DNA of 64,000 nucleotides. Source: a candidate division WOR-3 bacterium. Its GTDB lineage: Bacteria; Hydrothermota; UBA3072. The position numbers were made by a program, and so were the translations under genes. This document shows, in pieces, positions 28,010 through 37,446 of this stretch; within the stretch, counting starts at the first letter, position 1, and the number at the start of each line of letters is the position of its first letter. The notes beneath the pieces are model-generated. The model did not search any database and was not told the DNA's origin. It was given only the letters and a program-made list of their open reading frames with translations. The DNA lies in the NCBI GenBank assembly GCA_039804165.1, contig JBDRZZ010000010.1, positions 1,223 to 65,222 of the forward strand. Reading direction: 5' to 3'.

Positions 28010-28889
28010 CCAAGGCAGGTGGTGGACACTTTGAGATATTTTAACATTCACAAGGTCTAATTCCAGATCAAGAGTCACATCCATTTTCTTCTCCAGAAAT
28101 TTATCAAGATCCGCCGCAAACAAGTGGACAAGTTCAGGAGATTTGTTTTCTCAATAAGTATCTCTAAAGAGTTTATCATTCTTGTTTGAGTTCTTTCTCA
28201 TCGTATTAAAGAAAAATAGATAATTATTGACTTTATGAAAGAAATGCTCTTTTCCTTCAAAGACTTCTATATCAAAGAATTCTCTTTTTCTTCTTACTCT
28301 GCAACCTTTTTTCTTTAGGTAATTCGTCTCCTCTCGCATGTAAAATCCTTCTGGCGGTTTCATGGGAAACAGGAACTTAAAAATCTCTAACCAATACCTT
28401 TGTTGACATTTTACCCGTCTCTTTGCGTTTTTCTATGTGTTTGGGTGTCTTATTATGGACTCCCTGATGTGCTCTGGAAGGGTTATATAAGCCTTCTATG
28501 CCACATTTATCAAATCTTTTAAGCCATTTGTAAACGATAGGTCTTCCTGTATTAAAATTACGGGCTACATCTCTATAGACTCTTCTTTCGCATTTTTTAC
28601 CATCTCAAAACGAAATTTTACCTTATTAAAGGGTTGCATATTTTTATAACCTCGTCCTATTGATAATAGAACGTGTTTCCTCCTTTTTTTGTTTGTCTTT
28701 AAAAGGAGGATATTTATTTTAACCATAATTGCAACTCCTTAATTCTTCTAACCAACAATTTAGAACAATTTCGCTCATCTCTCTATAAATCTCATCCTTT
28801 TTTTGAAAAATACCTTATATTTTTTAGGTTTATATTTAAATCTACCCTCTTTATCTCCAAAACCTCCACAAAGTGTCCACCTGCTTTGG
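28010..28889 (-). mobile_element. Decayed IS-like element (~880 bp) bounded by imperfect inverted repeats CCAAGGCAGGTGGTGGACACTTTG (28010-28033) and CAAAGTGTCCACCTGCTTTGG (28869-28889)
   Basis: IRs read directly; interior encodes a frameshifted transposase N-terminal HTH. Confidence 0.55.
28151..28639 (-). pseudogene. Transposase remnant (IS481/IS3-like N-terminal HTH; no DDE domain), at least two frameshifts
   Basis: Minus-strand frames give MQPFNKVKFRFEMVKNAKEESIEM*, then ...RRVYRDVARNFNTGRPIVYKWLKRFDKCGIEGLYNPSRAHQGVHNKTPKHIEKRKETG..., then the 70-aa ORF 28151..28363. Confidence 0.5.
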
Positions 28890-29014
28890 ATTTAACACTT
28901 ACAATAAAAATTTCTATTGACAACAAACAAAAAATAAATAAAATAAATATTAAAAATCTCATCTTGCTTTTCAAAAAATTTTTTAAATTAAGAAATAAAA
29001 CCAAGGAGGAATTA

Positions 29015-32000
29015 ATGAAATTTTATAAAATCACAATTCTATTTATATTTTCTTTGTTCTTAAAAGCTCAGTTCACCTTAAGAATTCATCAACCTCCTCC
29101 AAATCAGTTGAAAATTGAAGATCTCTGGTGGATTGATATAACCAATAGTTCTAATACTTCTCGGAATGTCTATCTACGTGGAGAAGTAAGAGAACTAAGA
29201 AAAGGTCTTTTATTTAGGGGTAGCACAAATGAATTTACAATTCCTTTAGGAAAGACAAGAATAAAAGCAACTGATATAAAAGAGTTAAGAGATAAATGGT
29301 ATAGAGAAGAAGATAAAGACTTTATTGTAAGAACAGGCTCTGTTCCTCCAGGGGATTACACTGCCTGTGTGTATCTAATAGATGCTTCTACAAATCAAGA
29401 ACTCACTCACCAATGCATAAATATCTTGGTTCAACCATCTGGACCGCCAAGATTAATTTCCCCTAAAACAGGAGAACCTTTAAAAAATAAAAGACCTATA
29501 TTCACTTGGACAAGACCTACACCTTTACCCCCAGGAGAAAAAGTTTTTTATAAAATTAAAATCGTTGAAATATACGAAGGGCAAACAAAAGAAGAAGCAA
29601 TAAGATCTAATCCAAGTTGGTATGAAGAAGAGAGAATTAGTAAAACCACTTTCCAATATCCTATTAAAGGTAGAGAATTGGATCCCCAAAAAAGATATGC
29701 CTGGCAAGTTCAAGCCTTTTATAAAGAAGGATTCCCTCTAGGTGAAAACAGAGGGTTAAGCGAAGTATGGGAAATTGGTCCTATTATAAAGGTAAAACCA
29801 ATACCTTTACTACCTTCTTATTTAATAATAGGAGAATTTTTAATAAAAAATATCACTTATACTTCCTTCTCTCTTGACTCTCTCTCTGGAGTAGGAGAAT
29901 CTTTTTTCTTAGAAAAGAACCTCCCTACCCATTTTGGAGGTCCTATTTTTACTTTAACTCCTGTAAAATTCCAGGTAAATTTTCAAAAATTGAAAGTGAA
30001 TTGGGAAAAAGGAGATACTGGTAAGGTTATCTCAGGAGAAATAATTGAAAGTTTTCCTAATCCAATTGAGGTGAAAGTTGAAGGTTATCCTGTTTTTGTC
30101 CACAATGTTCATCTTATGCCAGACTCAGCAATTGGAATTATAGGAGTAAGTATTCCCTGCCTATATGATACAGCTGGTTGTAAAACTATTGAAATAGAAT
30201 CTTTTAAAACAAAAATTTCGCCTATTTTAGACATATATAAAGAGCTTGAGTCTGGAGAAAGAGGCCCTTATAGATTGGGAGAAACAGGGATTCTAATTAA
30301 ATCTAAGGAGAAAATAATAATTGATTTAAGCCATAAAATTACTCCCGGGAAAATAGAAATTCAGTTAAAAAAAGGAGAAACAGTGGAACAAACTCAACTT
30401 GATACTTGCAACACCGGTTATCTTTACGCACATTATATTTTCAACAACGCCGTTTCTACTCCAGCTGGATTCAACGCAACATTTCAGCTCGCCGCTCCTT
30501 GGACATTCCATTCTTTAATCCCAATGGGATTTGAGGTTCACATAAATGAAGGGTATCTAAAAATAGATAGTTGTAAGATAAAAGAAGGTAAATTTAAAAA
30601 CGGTTATATTGTCCTTCCCTCAGACAGTAATGGAGTAACTGATGAGATGGGAAACCCAATTCAAGCTACTTATGATTCTCTCCTTGTCAACTCTTCCTTA
30701 GATATTGGAGGGAAGCTCAAAATAGATAAAGAGATGAGATGGGGTGGATTTGGACTTAAAGTCGTTCATAATTCTAAAATTAAACTTCCAGCAACTTCTT
30801 ATCAATACTACTCAATTGTAGAAAAAGACACTTTTGTCACAATAAATCCAGACACCTTAATAGGTCTTGTAATTTCAAGAATAGACCAGAGATACGACTT
30901 ATTAACTGTTTATTCCAAAGACTCTAAAGCCCCTATAAGGTTTGAAAGATTAGGAGCCCCAGAAAACAAAACTGGAGGCGGATGGTTTAACCTTGAAATG
31001 CAAGGAATGAGAGGTTATTTATCCTCAGATAGTAGAACTCCTCCTTTAAATGTAAAACTCGGAATTCCAGGAAAAACAGGTTATTTATCAGACAGCTCTT
31101 TTAACACAACCTTCACTCATAATGAAATAGACTCAACTTTTATGAAATTCTGGTTTTTGGGAAATTCCTCTTTTAATACCGATCTTAGAGGAAAATTCCA
31201 AATTCCTTATCCTTCTAATATAAAACCTCCTTTCAGAGAATTGGGGATCACTTCAACAGGAAGTTTTGCTGGGGGAAATGCATTTTTCCCAAGCCTAGCT
31301 CTTACTTTAGATTACTGGGGAGTTGGGATTTCTTCTAAAAGAGGAGTAATTAGTGTTAAAAAAGGAGAAATTGTTTACACAAATGCAGAAATCTATGAAC
31401 CTGTCCATTTCTCTAAAGGATTTAATATAATCTGGGGAGAAATGCTTTCTGATGGAGACTTGGGAGAATTTTACTTTAACCACAATGCAGCGCACCAGAA
31501 ATTTGATGGATTTCCAATAACACTTGATTCAGCTGCTCTATCAGAATTTGATCCATCAAGATCTGGAGAACTTGTCGTAAAATGTGGAATTCATTTTAAT
31601 TTCTTTGGTGAACCTGATACACTCATCACAATCCATGATGCAAAATATTCAGCAACAACATCACCCTATTTTGGACGAATCGTTTCCATAGAACCAAGCA
31701 AATTTTCTATTTATAGAAACTGGGGGTCTGGTCTTGCAAAAATGGACTTCAAAGAAGTTGGTTATGATGCTATAGATCAGAACGGATTCATTGGCTTGGG
31801 AAAGGTTGATTTTAACTTTTTTACATCCTCACCTATAAATGCAGAAATTGAGCTTGATAGTATTTATATAAAAATATGTATTTTAGAAACAAAGCAACAT
31901 AATCTAAGACTCTCTTATGTTGAACTCACAAGTCTTGGAGAAATTTGGGGGTGCGCTGTGATTGAAGGAGACGAGCTAAATACAATAGCTTTGGGAGGAA

Positions 32001-32836
32001 GATTAGAAACTTCTACAGGAGGAGGCTTTGAACTCCTATCACCAAAAGCTGGAACTGGCGTTGAAGTGAAAATGGCAATTACCCCAAACATCATAAATTT
32101 TGATGCAAACGGAATAATGTATCTATATGTCTTTGGTGTCGATCTTGAAATTAATGGAAGTCTGTTTCTTAAAACCGATCTATCAAGAGGAAGTGTAGAA
32201 GGAGAAATAAAAGGAGCTTTTGATTTAAGTGCTTTAGGTTTAGATATTGAAGCAGATGGTCAAGCTAACTGGTGTTTTGCACCTCTTTCAAATTATATCC
32301 AAGGAAGATTGGCTGTTAATATATGCGAAGTCGGTTTCGGTAGTGGTCTTTCTGGAGGCCTATTTATAGGAATTAACGCCCCAAAGGATAAACTTTGGGT
32401 TCTTCGTGAAGGTAGTAGTCTTAATAGAAAGTTTGGAATTAACCTAAATTATATCCCGAATAATGTAACAGGTGTTTACGTCTTTGGAGATACAGAATTT
32501 TCCATTAGCCTTGCCGGAGTTATTGAAGGAGGGATTGAAATGTATGCAGGGGTTGGGGCTTTCTTGAATTTAACCCCAACAGAAGATGGTAGTATAATTT
32601 ACAGCACTCTACTACCACTACCCTATGCTGTTGGAATAGTTGGAGTTTACATATATGGAGAAATCTTATGGGGAGTCCTCTCGGCTTCAGCTTGGGGAAA
32701 ACTTGCAATGTATTTGGGAGATCCAATGGGATTTGAAGGAACTTTCGGTCTTCGTGCGTGTGCACTTTGGGTCTTTTGCGGAGAAGTAGAAGTAACCGCA
32801 GGAATGAATTCAAAGGACGGCTTCTATTTAGAATAG
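29015..32836 (+). CDS. Very large secreted protein of unknown function (1273 aa; start set to MKFYKITILFIFSLFLKAQ with AAGGAGG RBS)
   Basis: Signal peptide; N-terminal pair of ~100-aa Ig/FN3-like modules (PIFTWTRP...YAWQVQA); remainder beta-rich and Gly-rich without recognisable motifs; the tool's N-terminal extension into the IS remnant is rejected. Confidence 0.6.
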   Translation: MKFYKITILFIFSLFLKAQFTLRIHQPPPNQLKIEDLWWIDITNSSNTSRNVYLRGEVRELRKGLLFRGSTNEFTIPLGKTRIKATDIKELRDKWYREEDKDFIVRTGSVPPGDYTACVYLIDASTNQELTHQCINILVQPSGPPRLISPKTGEPLKNKRPIFTWTRPTPLPPGEKVFYKIKIVEIYEGQTKEEAIRSNPSWYEEERISKTTFQYPIKGRELDPQKRYAWQVQAFYKEGFPLGENRGLSEVWEIGPIIKVKPIPLLPSYLIIGEFLIKNITYTSFSLDSLSGVGESFFLEKNLPTHFGGPIFTLTPVKFQVNFQKLKVNWEKGDTGKVISGEIIESFPNPIEVKVEGYPVFVHNVHLMPDSAIGIIGVSIPCLYDTAGCKTIEIESFKTKISPILDIYKELESGERGPYRLGETGILIKSKEKIIIDLSHKITPGKIEIQLKKGETVEQTQLDTCNTGYLYAHYIFNNAVSTPAGFNATFQLAAPWTFHSLIPMGFEVHINEGYLKIDSCKIKEGKFKNGYIVLPSDSNGVTDEMGNPIQATYDSLLVNSSLDIGGKLKIDKEMRWGGFGLKVVHNSKIKLPATSYQYYSIVEKDTFVTINPDTLIGLVISRIDQRYDLLTVYSKDSKAPIRFERLGAPENKTGGGWFNLEMQGMRGYLSSDSRTPPLNVKLGIPGKTGYLSDSSFNTTFTHNEIDSTFMKFWFLGNSSFNTDLRGKFQIPYPSNIKPPFRELGITSTGSFAGGNAFFPSLALTLDYWGVGISSKRGVISVKKGEIVYTNAEIYEPVHFSKGFNIIWGEMLSDGDLGEFYFNHNAAHQKFDGFPITLDSAALSEFDPSRSGELVVKCGIHFNFFGEPDTLITIHDAKYSATTSPYFGRIVSIEPSKFSIYRNWGSGLAKMDFKEVGYDAIDQNGFIGLGKVDFNFFTSSPINAEIELDSIYIKICILETKQHNLRLSYVELTSLGEIWGCAVIEGDELNTIALGGRLETSTGGGFELLSPKAGTGVEVKMAITPNIINFDANGIMYLYVFGVDLEINGSLFLKTDLSRGSVEGEIKGAFDLSALGLDIEADGQANWCFAPLSNYIQGRLAVNICEVGFGSGLSGGLFIGINAPKDKLWVLREGSSLNRKFGINLNYIPNNVTGVYVFGDTEFSISLAGVIEGGIEMYAGVGAFLNLTPTEDGSIIYSTLLPLPYAVGIVGVYIYGEILWGVLSASAWGKLAMYLGDPMGFEGTFGLRACALWVFCGEVEVTAGMNSKDGFYLE

Positions 32837-32846
32837 GAGGTAATAG

Positions 32847-35846
32847 ATGTTTTTAATATTTCTTTTGGGAACCACATTAAATCTTTACACAAATGATGTT
32901 ACAATTAAAAGGAAAGATACTACTCTCATTCCTACAATTGGGATGGAATTAAAAGAAATTGATACTATAATTGTTAAAGATAGCTCACGAGCCGAAATTC
33001 TTTATCCTGATAGTTCTATTATATATTTGGACGAAAACACGAAAATTACCACAAGCGGTAAAGAAAAACGTTCTATTTTTATGTCTTTTGGAAGAATCTG
33101 GGCTAAGGTTAAAAAGTTAATAAAAGGAGAATCTTTTGAAGTTAAAACTCCTCTCTCAATTTCTGGAATTATAGGAACAGAATTTGAAGCTTATTATATA
33201 GAAGATAAAATGGAAGTAAAAGTCATTTCAGGAAATTTAAATTTAAGAAATATAGAAACAGGGAAAGAGACTATTCTAAAAGAAGGGAGAATGGCTTTAA
33301 TTGAAAAAGGGATGGAAACAAAAATCCAGAAATTTAGAAAAGACCAGCTAAAACATTGGTATGAATGGAAAAAAGAAGATATTGATTTCCTTTTAAGGAA
33401 ACTATCCGAAGCTAAAAAATTAGGTGATGTAACAAAAGAAGAAGCTTTAACTTCCCAAATAAGAGCCCTTGCGGAAAGATTAAACATGCTTGAAGAATAC
33501 AAGAGAAAAATTGATGAAACTAAAGGTTTAGTTCCACTTTTAAAAGGGGAAATTAAGCCAACCGAAAAGGACTTCCTTTATGCTATAAGTGGTGATGTTT
33601 CAAGAGGAAAAACATTTATTCTACTTAAATGGCCTAAAAAGGAAGGAATTGAAGCCTATGATATTTACAGAATAGAACTTCCCTCCACTTTAATTCCAGA
33701 AAAGCCAATCAATTCTGAACCCATCTCTATTATGAAAGATTGCGAAAAAATAAAGAAAATTATTCTTCCAGGTTCAGAAGAATACGAAGTTATTGTGAAG
33801 GTTTTATCTTCTTTGAAAACAAAAAGTGCAAAGGAAATTCTTCCTAAAACTCCTCTTGATGATGCTCTTTTAATAAAGCCTATTACACCATGTGCTATCT
33901 CCCTAATTTCAGAAACCAGCGAAGCTTACAAAAGCCTTCTTGCTTTAAGTAACAAATATTGGAAAATAGCTTTACTCCTTGGTCAAGCCTATCTTGATAG
34001 CAATGTGGTTGTTGGAAAAAAATATTTGTATTTAATAACTCCATCAAAGAAAACAGAAAGAGAAATTATCCCCATTGACACTGCAATAGTTAAAGCTGGA
34101 AGCTTCACTCCTCTACCAGCTCCAACAGAAGTTACAGCTCAAGCTGGGGATAACAAGGTTCTTATTCGCTGGAATGATGTAAAAAATTCTCTTGGTTATG
34201 AGATTTACAGAAGATCTCCCACTGAACCAGCGATCAAGATAAACGAAGCAGAAATAATGCAAAAATGCACTCTTGACCTTTATGGGAATAAAATCTCAGC
34301 AAAAAATTGCTTTATAGATTTCATGCGATGGGATGAAGGAGGGAATCCCAAAAAACACTTGGTTGGAACAGATTCTATTTATGGCCCCTATAATGGAGTT
34401 AATTATTCTTATAAAATAAGAGGTTTAGATCTCCTCGGAAGACCAGGGGCTTTTAGCTCTCCGGTTTCTGCAAAACCTCAAGACAAAACACCCCCTGCAA
34501 TTCCTTATGGAATAACTGTAGAAGCTTATCCTGATGGACTTTTAGCAAAATGGCATAGAGTCACCCACGATGAACTGGGACATCTTGAACTTGGAGGGAT
34601 AAAAGGATATAGAGTTTACCGTTTTAACTCTGCCGATTCTCTTAAAGATAGTGTGCTTATAAAAGCTCTACTTCCAGACACTTTTGGAGCTTTCCCATTC
34701 TTCAAAGACACAGATCCTTCTTTATTTTCTGCCTATGGAGAAAAGACTTTCTGGTATAGGGTAAAAAGTGTAGACAATTCAGGAAATGTAAGTGGATTCT
34801 CCCCATCAGCTGGAAATCATCTTCCAGACACAACACCACCATCTCCTCCACAAGATCTAAAAGCAGAAAGCCACTCTAATCATATTGCTCTTTCCTGGAA
34901 AAAACCAAATCCAGTTCCATCTGATCTTGCTGGATACAACATATATAGGGGAGTTTGCGGAGGAGATTCTGTTTGCGCTGATAGTGAGAGAATTGGCGAG
35001 AGAAAAGAATGGGTGTGTATAAAAACAGAATATAGAATCTATCCATTATATCTTGTGGGTAACAAAGATCACCCTGATAGTCTCTCTTTCAATGACTATA
35101 CTGTTCCAGAAGGCTCTCCAATTTGTTATAGGTATTCCATCAAAGCTTATGATAGAAGTCAAAATTTAAGCGACACTTCTAAGACTGTTTGTCAAAAACT
35201 AAGAGAAGAAACACCCCCACCACCACCTATTATCGTCGGTTTAAAAGCAAGAGACCGCGCAATAAAAATTGAATGGGTTGCCCCACCGGTTCAAGACTTA
35301 TTTGGCTTTATTGTAGAAAGAGCGGAAAAAGAGGAAGGACCTTATAAGAGAGTAAGCGATACACTTATTTTTCCTGTAGCAATAGGTTGTGAAGACATTC
35401 CCCCTATAAACCGTTGGGCAGCTGACTCAGTTTTTTCCTTTCTTGATACGACAGTTATTGAAAAGAAGGTCTATTGGTACAGAATAAAAGCGGCAGATTA
35501 CCAAGGCAATATTGGTAAACCTTCCATTCCAATAGAAACATACACTTATAGTTTAAGAACTCCTCCTACTCCTTATAACTTATCAGTTACTCAAGTTCCT
35601 GGAGAGTGCGCTCTACAGGTAACCTGGAGACCAACCTATGACCCAAAATACGCCGGGTTTGTTGTATTCAGAAGTATAGAACCAACAAAAGGGTATCGTC
35701 AAATAAGTCCTATAATAAGAGGAAATAAGTTTATAGACAAAAAGATAATTCCGAATAAAGAATATTGGTATAAAGTTCAGTATTTTGCTAAAAATGGAAA
35801 CCGGTCTCCTACTGGAGGAGCAGAAAAGGGGAAAGCAACTCCTTGA
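32847..35846 (+). CDS. FecR-domain protein with coiled-coil segment and multiple fibronectin type III repeats (999 aa)
   Basis: N-terminal FecR-like beta-sandwich (AEILYPDSSIIYLDENTKITT...FEVKTPLSISGIIGTEFEA); four or more FN3-like units each with W...GY(E/N)IYR; RBS AGGAGG 8 nt upstream. Confidence 0.6.
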   Translation: MFLIFLLGTTLNLYTNDVTIKRKDTTLIPTIGMELKEIDTIIVKDSSRAEILYPDSSIIYLDENTKITTSGKEKRSIFMSFGRIWAKVKKLIKGESFEVKTPLSISGIIGTEFEAYYIEDKMEVKVISGNLNLRNIETGKETILKEGRMALIEKGMETKIQKFRKDQLKHWYEWKKEDIDFLLRKLSEAKKLGDVTKEEALTSQIRALAERLNMLEEYKRKIDETKGLVPLLKGEIKPTEKDFLYAISGDVSRGKTFILLKWPKKEGIEAYDIYRIELPSTLIPEKPINSEPISIMKDCEKIKKIILPGSEEYEVIVKVLSSLKTKSAKEILPKTPLDDALLIKPITPCAISLISETSEAYKSLLALSNKYWKIALLLGQAYLDSNVVVGKKYLYLITPSKKTEREIIPIDTAIVKAGSFTPLPAPTEVTAQAGDNKVLIRWNDVKNSLGYEIYRRSPTEPAIKINEAEIMQKCTLDLYGNKISAKNCFIDFMRWDEGGNPKKHLVGTDSIYGPYNGVNYSYKIRGLDLLGRPGAFSSPVSAKPQDKTPPAIPYGITVEAYPDGLLAKWHRVTHDELGHLELGGIKGYRVYRFNSADSLKDSVLIKALLPDTFGAFPFFKDTDPSLFSAYGEKTFWYRVKSVDNSGNVSGFSPSAGNHLPDTTPPSPPQDLKAESHSNHIALSWKKPNPVPSDLAGYNIYRGVCGGDSVCADSERIGERKEWVCIKTEYRIYPLYLVGNKDHPDSLSFNDYTVPEGSPICYRYSIKAYDRSQNLSDTSKTVCQKLREETPPPPPIIVGLKARDRAIKIEWVAPPVQDLFGFIVERAEKEEGPYKRVSDTLIFPVAIGCEDIPPINRWAADSVFSFLDTTVIEKKVYWYRIKAADYQGNIGKPSIPIETYTYSLRTPPTPYNLSVTQVPGECALQVTWRPTYDPKYAGFVVFRSIEPTKGYRQISPIIRGNKFIDKKIIPNKEYWYKVQYFAKNGNRSPTGGAEKGKATP

Positions 35847-35857
35847 AAGGAGGATAA

Positions 35858-37441
35858 ATGAAGAAGATAAATTTAATCTTTGCCATTTTTATTTTTCTAG
35901 CAACAGCTTCTTTACAAAGCGGAGATGAGTTTACAAAACTCCACACCTGGAGATTCGAAAATGTAACTTACTTTACTGATGCAAGTGGAAAAACAGTCTT
36001 ACCTTGGGAAATATACACGCGGGCTTTTATAGGAATTTGCAAAGACTCAAATACTGCAAAGGTCCTTTGTCCTTTAGATTATGCTTTTTATAAAGCTTAT
36101 AATGCAGCCTTTGCCATTGCATCTGGAAATTGTTTTGGAATGAGTTTACTCGCAAACATTATATACAAAGAAGAAGGACATCTTGGTTTTTGTAAACCTA
36201 TTTATACTTATTCTGGTGATTATAATGGCCCTGCTTCAGCCAAATTATGCACCACAATTACAGTGATGCAATGTCATGAATGGAGTCATGCTGGAATTTT
36301 GTGGATAGCAGAAAATATAACTGGAACTCATCCAAAGGATCCAAATTACGCTTATAAACAAATTGAATATTATCTATCTATGGGAGACTTACCTCTTATT
36401 ACCCTTGTAAAAAATGATAGTATGGTAGGACATACATTGATCCCATATAGATTAAAGGAAACTGCTTCGAAACGCTACATTTATTTATATGACCCAAATA
36501 AATGGTATCCTCCCGATTCGGATTTCTACGATAACAATAAAAATTACATAGAGATTGACCGCGGAAGTGGTAACTGGTCTTATGAATTTAAACCTGGAGA
36601 AATTTGGGGGTCTCCTGACGGTTACATTTTTGCAACACCAATGTCTATTGTAAAACCACCCTCTCGCAATCCTCTACAGCTTGGAGGAATAACTGATGCG
36701 TTAAATCATATTTTCTTAACAGGAGCAAATATAGCTCAAATCACAGATGGAGAAGGTCATAAGTTTTATAAAACAAGCGGATCTTCACACACCCGACTCT
36801 CAGATATAGAAGATAACCCTAGACTCAGAATAAAAAACTTATTTAGAATGCCAGTTAATTCCGCAAAAAGAGGCTCAAATATAAAGGAAATTCCTGAGAT
36901 TTATTTTGCAATTAATTCTTTAGGAAAAGATCTTAATTTTGAGATTGCTTCAAGAGGTGAAAAATACAATTTTGAAATAGCAGGTAAGGATAATATTATA
37001 AAATTGACTTCTCAAGGAGGTCTTAATGGAAGAGACCTTTTAAACATAAAGAAACTTTCCACTCTTAACGAAGAAATAGAATTAACAACCAAAAGAAGCA
37101 ATCCTAATTTTGAAATAGAAATCTATAAAAAACTCCCAGAAAAAGAGATGGCAAGAAGGTTTAAGATTTCTAATTTAAGTCTTCCAGGTTCTATACCTAT
37201 TAAAATAAGATTATCTAAAGATAGAGAAAGTCTTCTTGTTAAAGGAGAAAAAGAATCAATTACTTGTAATCTTGAGATTACCCAAGTTATAGGTAACAAA
37301 ATAACAAAGATGCCAGTTAAAGTAATAAATGTTCCTGGTAAAGATTGGCATGAGGTCTCTCCAAGTGATTGGGATAAATTAAATGATGCTACAATAAAAA
37401 TAAACAAATTACCAATTACCCCTCAGCTCCCTAAAAAATAA
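35858..37441 (+). CDS. Secreted hypothetical protein, putative Cys-nucleophile hydrolase
   Basis: Signal peptide; G-N-C-F-G (GxCxG elbow, also papain-like CWAFS-ish) and a downstream His (VGHTLIPY); assignment tentative. Confidence 0.35.
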   Translation: MKKINLIFAIFIFLATASLQSGDEFTKLHTWRFENVTYFTDASGKTVLPWEIYTRAFIGICKDSNTAKVLCPLDYAFYKAYNAAFAIASGNCFGMSLLANIIYKEEGHLGFCKPIYTYSGDYNGPASAKLCTTITVMQCHEWSHAGILWIAENITGTHPKDPNYAYKQIEYYLSMGDLPLITLVKNDSMVGHTLIPYRLKETASKRYIYLYDPNKWYPPDSDFYDNNKNYIEIDRGSGNWSYEFKPGEIWGSPDGYIFATPMSIVKPPSRNPLQLGGITDALNHIFLTGANIAQITDGEGHKFYKTSGSSHTRLSDIEDNPRLRIKNLFRMPVNSAKRGSNIKEIPEIYFAINSLGKDLNFEIASRGEKYNFEIAGKDNIIKLTSQGGLNGRDLLNIKKLSTLNEEIELTTKRSNPNFEIEIYKKLPEKEMARRFKISNLSLPGSIPIKIRLSKDRESLLVKGEKESITCNLEITQVIGNKITKMPVKVINVPGKDWHEVSPSDWDKLNDATIKINKLPITPQLPKK

Positions 37442-37446
37442 AAGAT

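Noticed and set aside
28886-29014. N-terminal 43-codon extension of the 1316-aa ORF (tool start at 28886)
   Set aside because: The extension runs into the IS inverted repeat, has no RBS, and encodes low-complexity K/N-rich sequence. ATG 29015 is preceded by AAGGAGGA and begins a canonical signal peptide.
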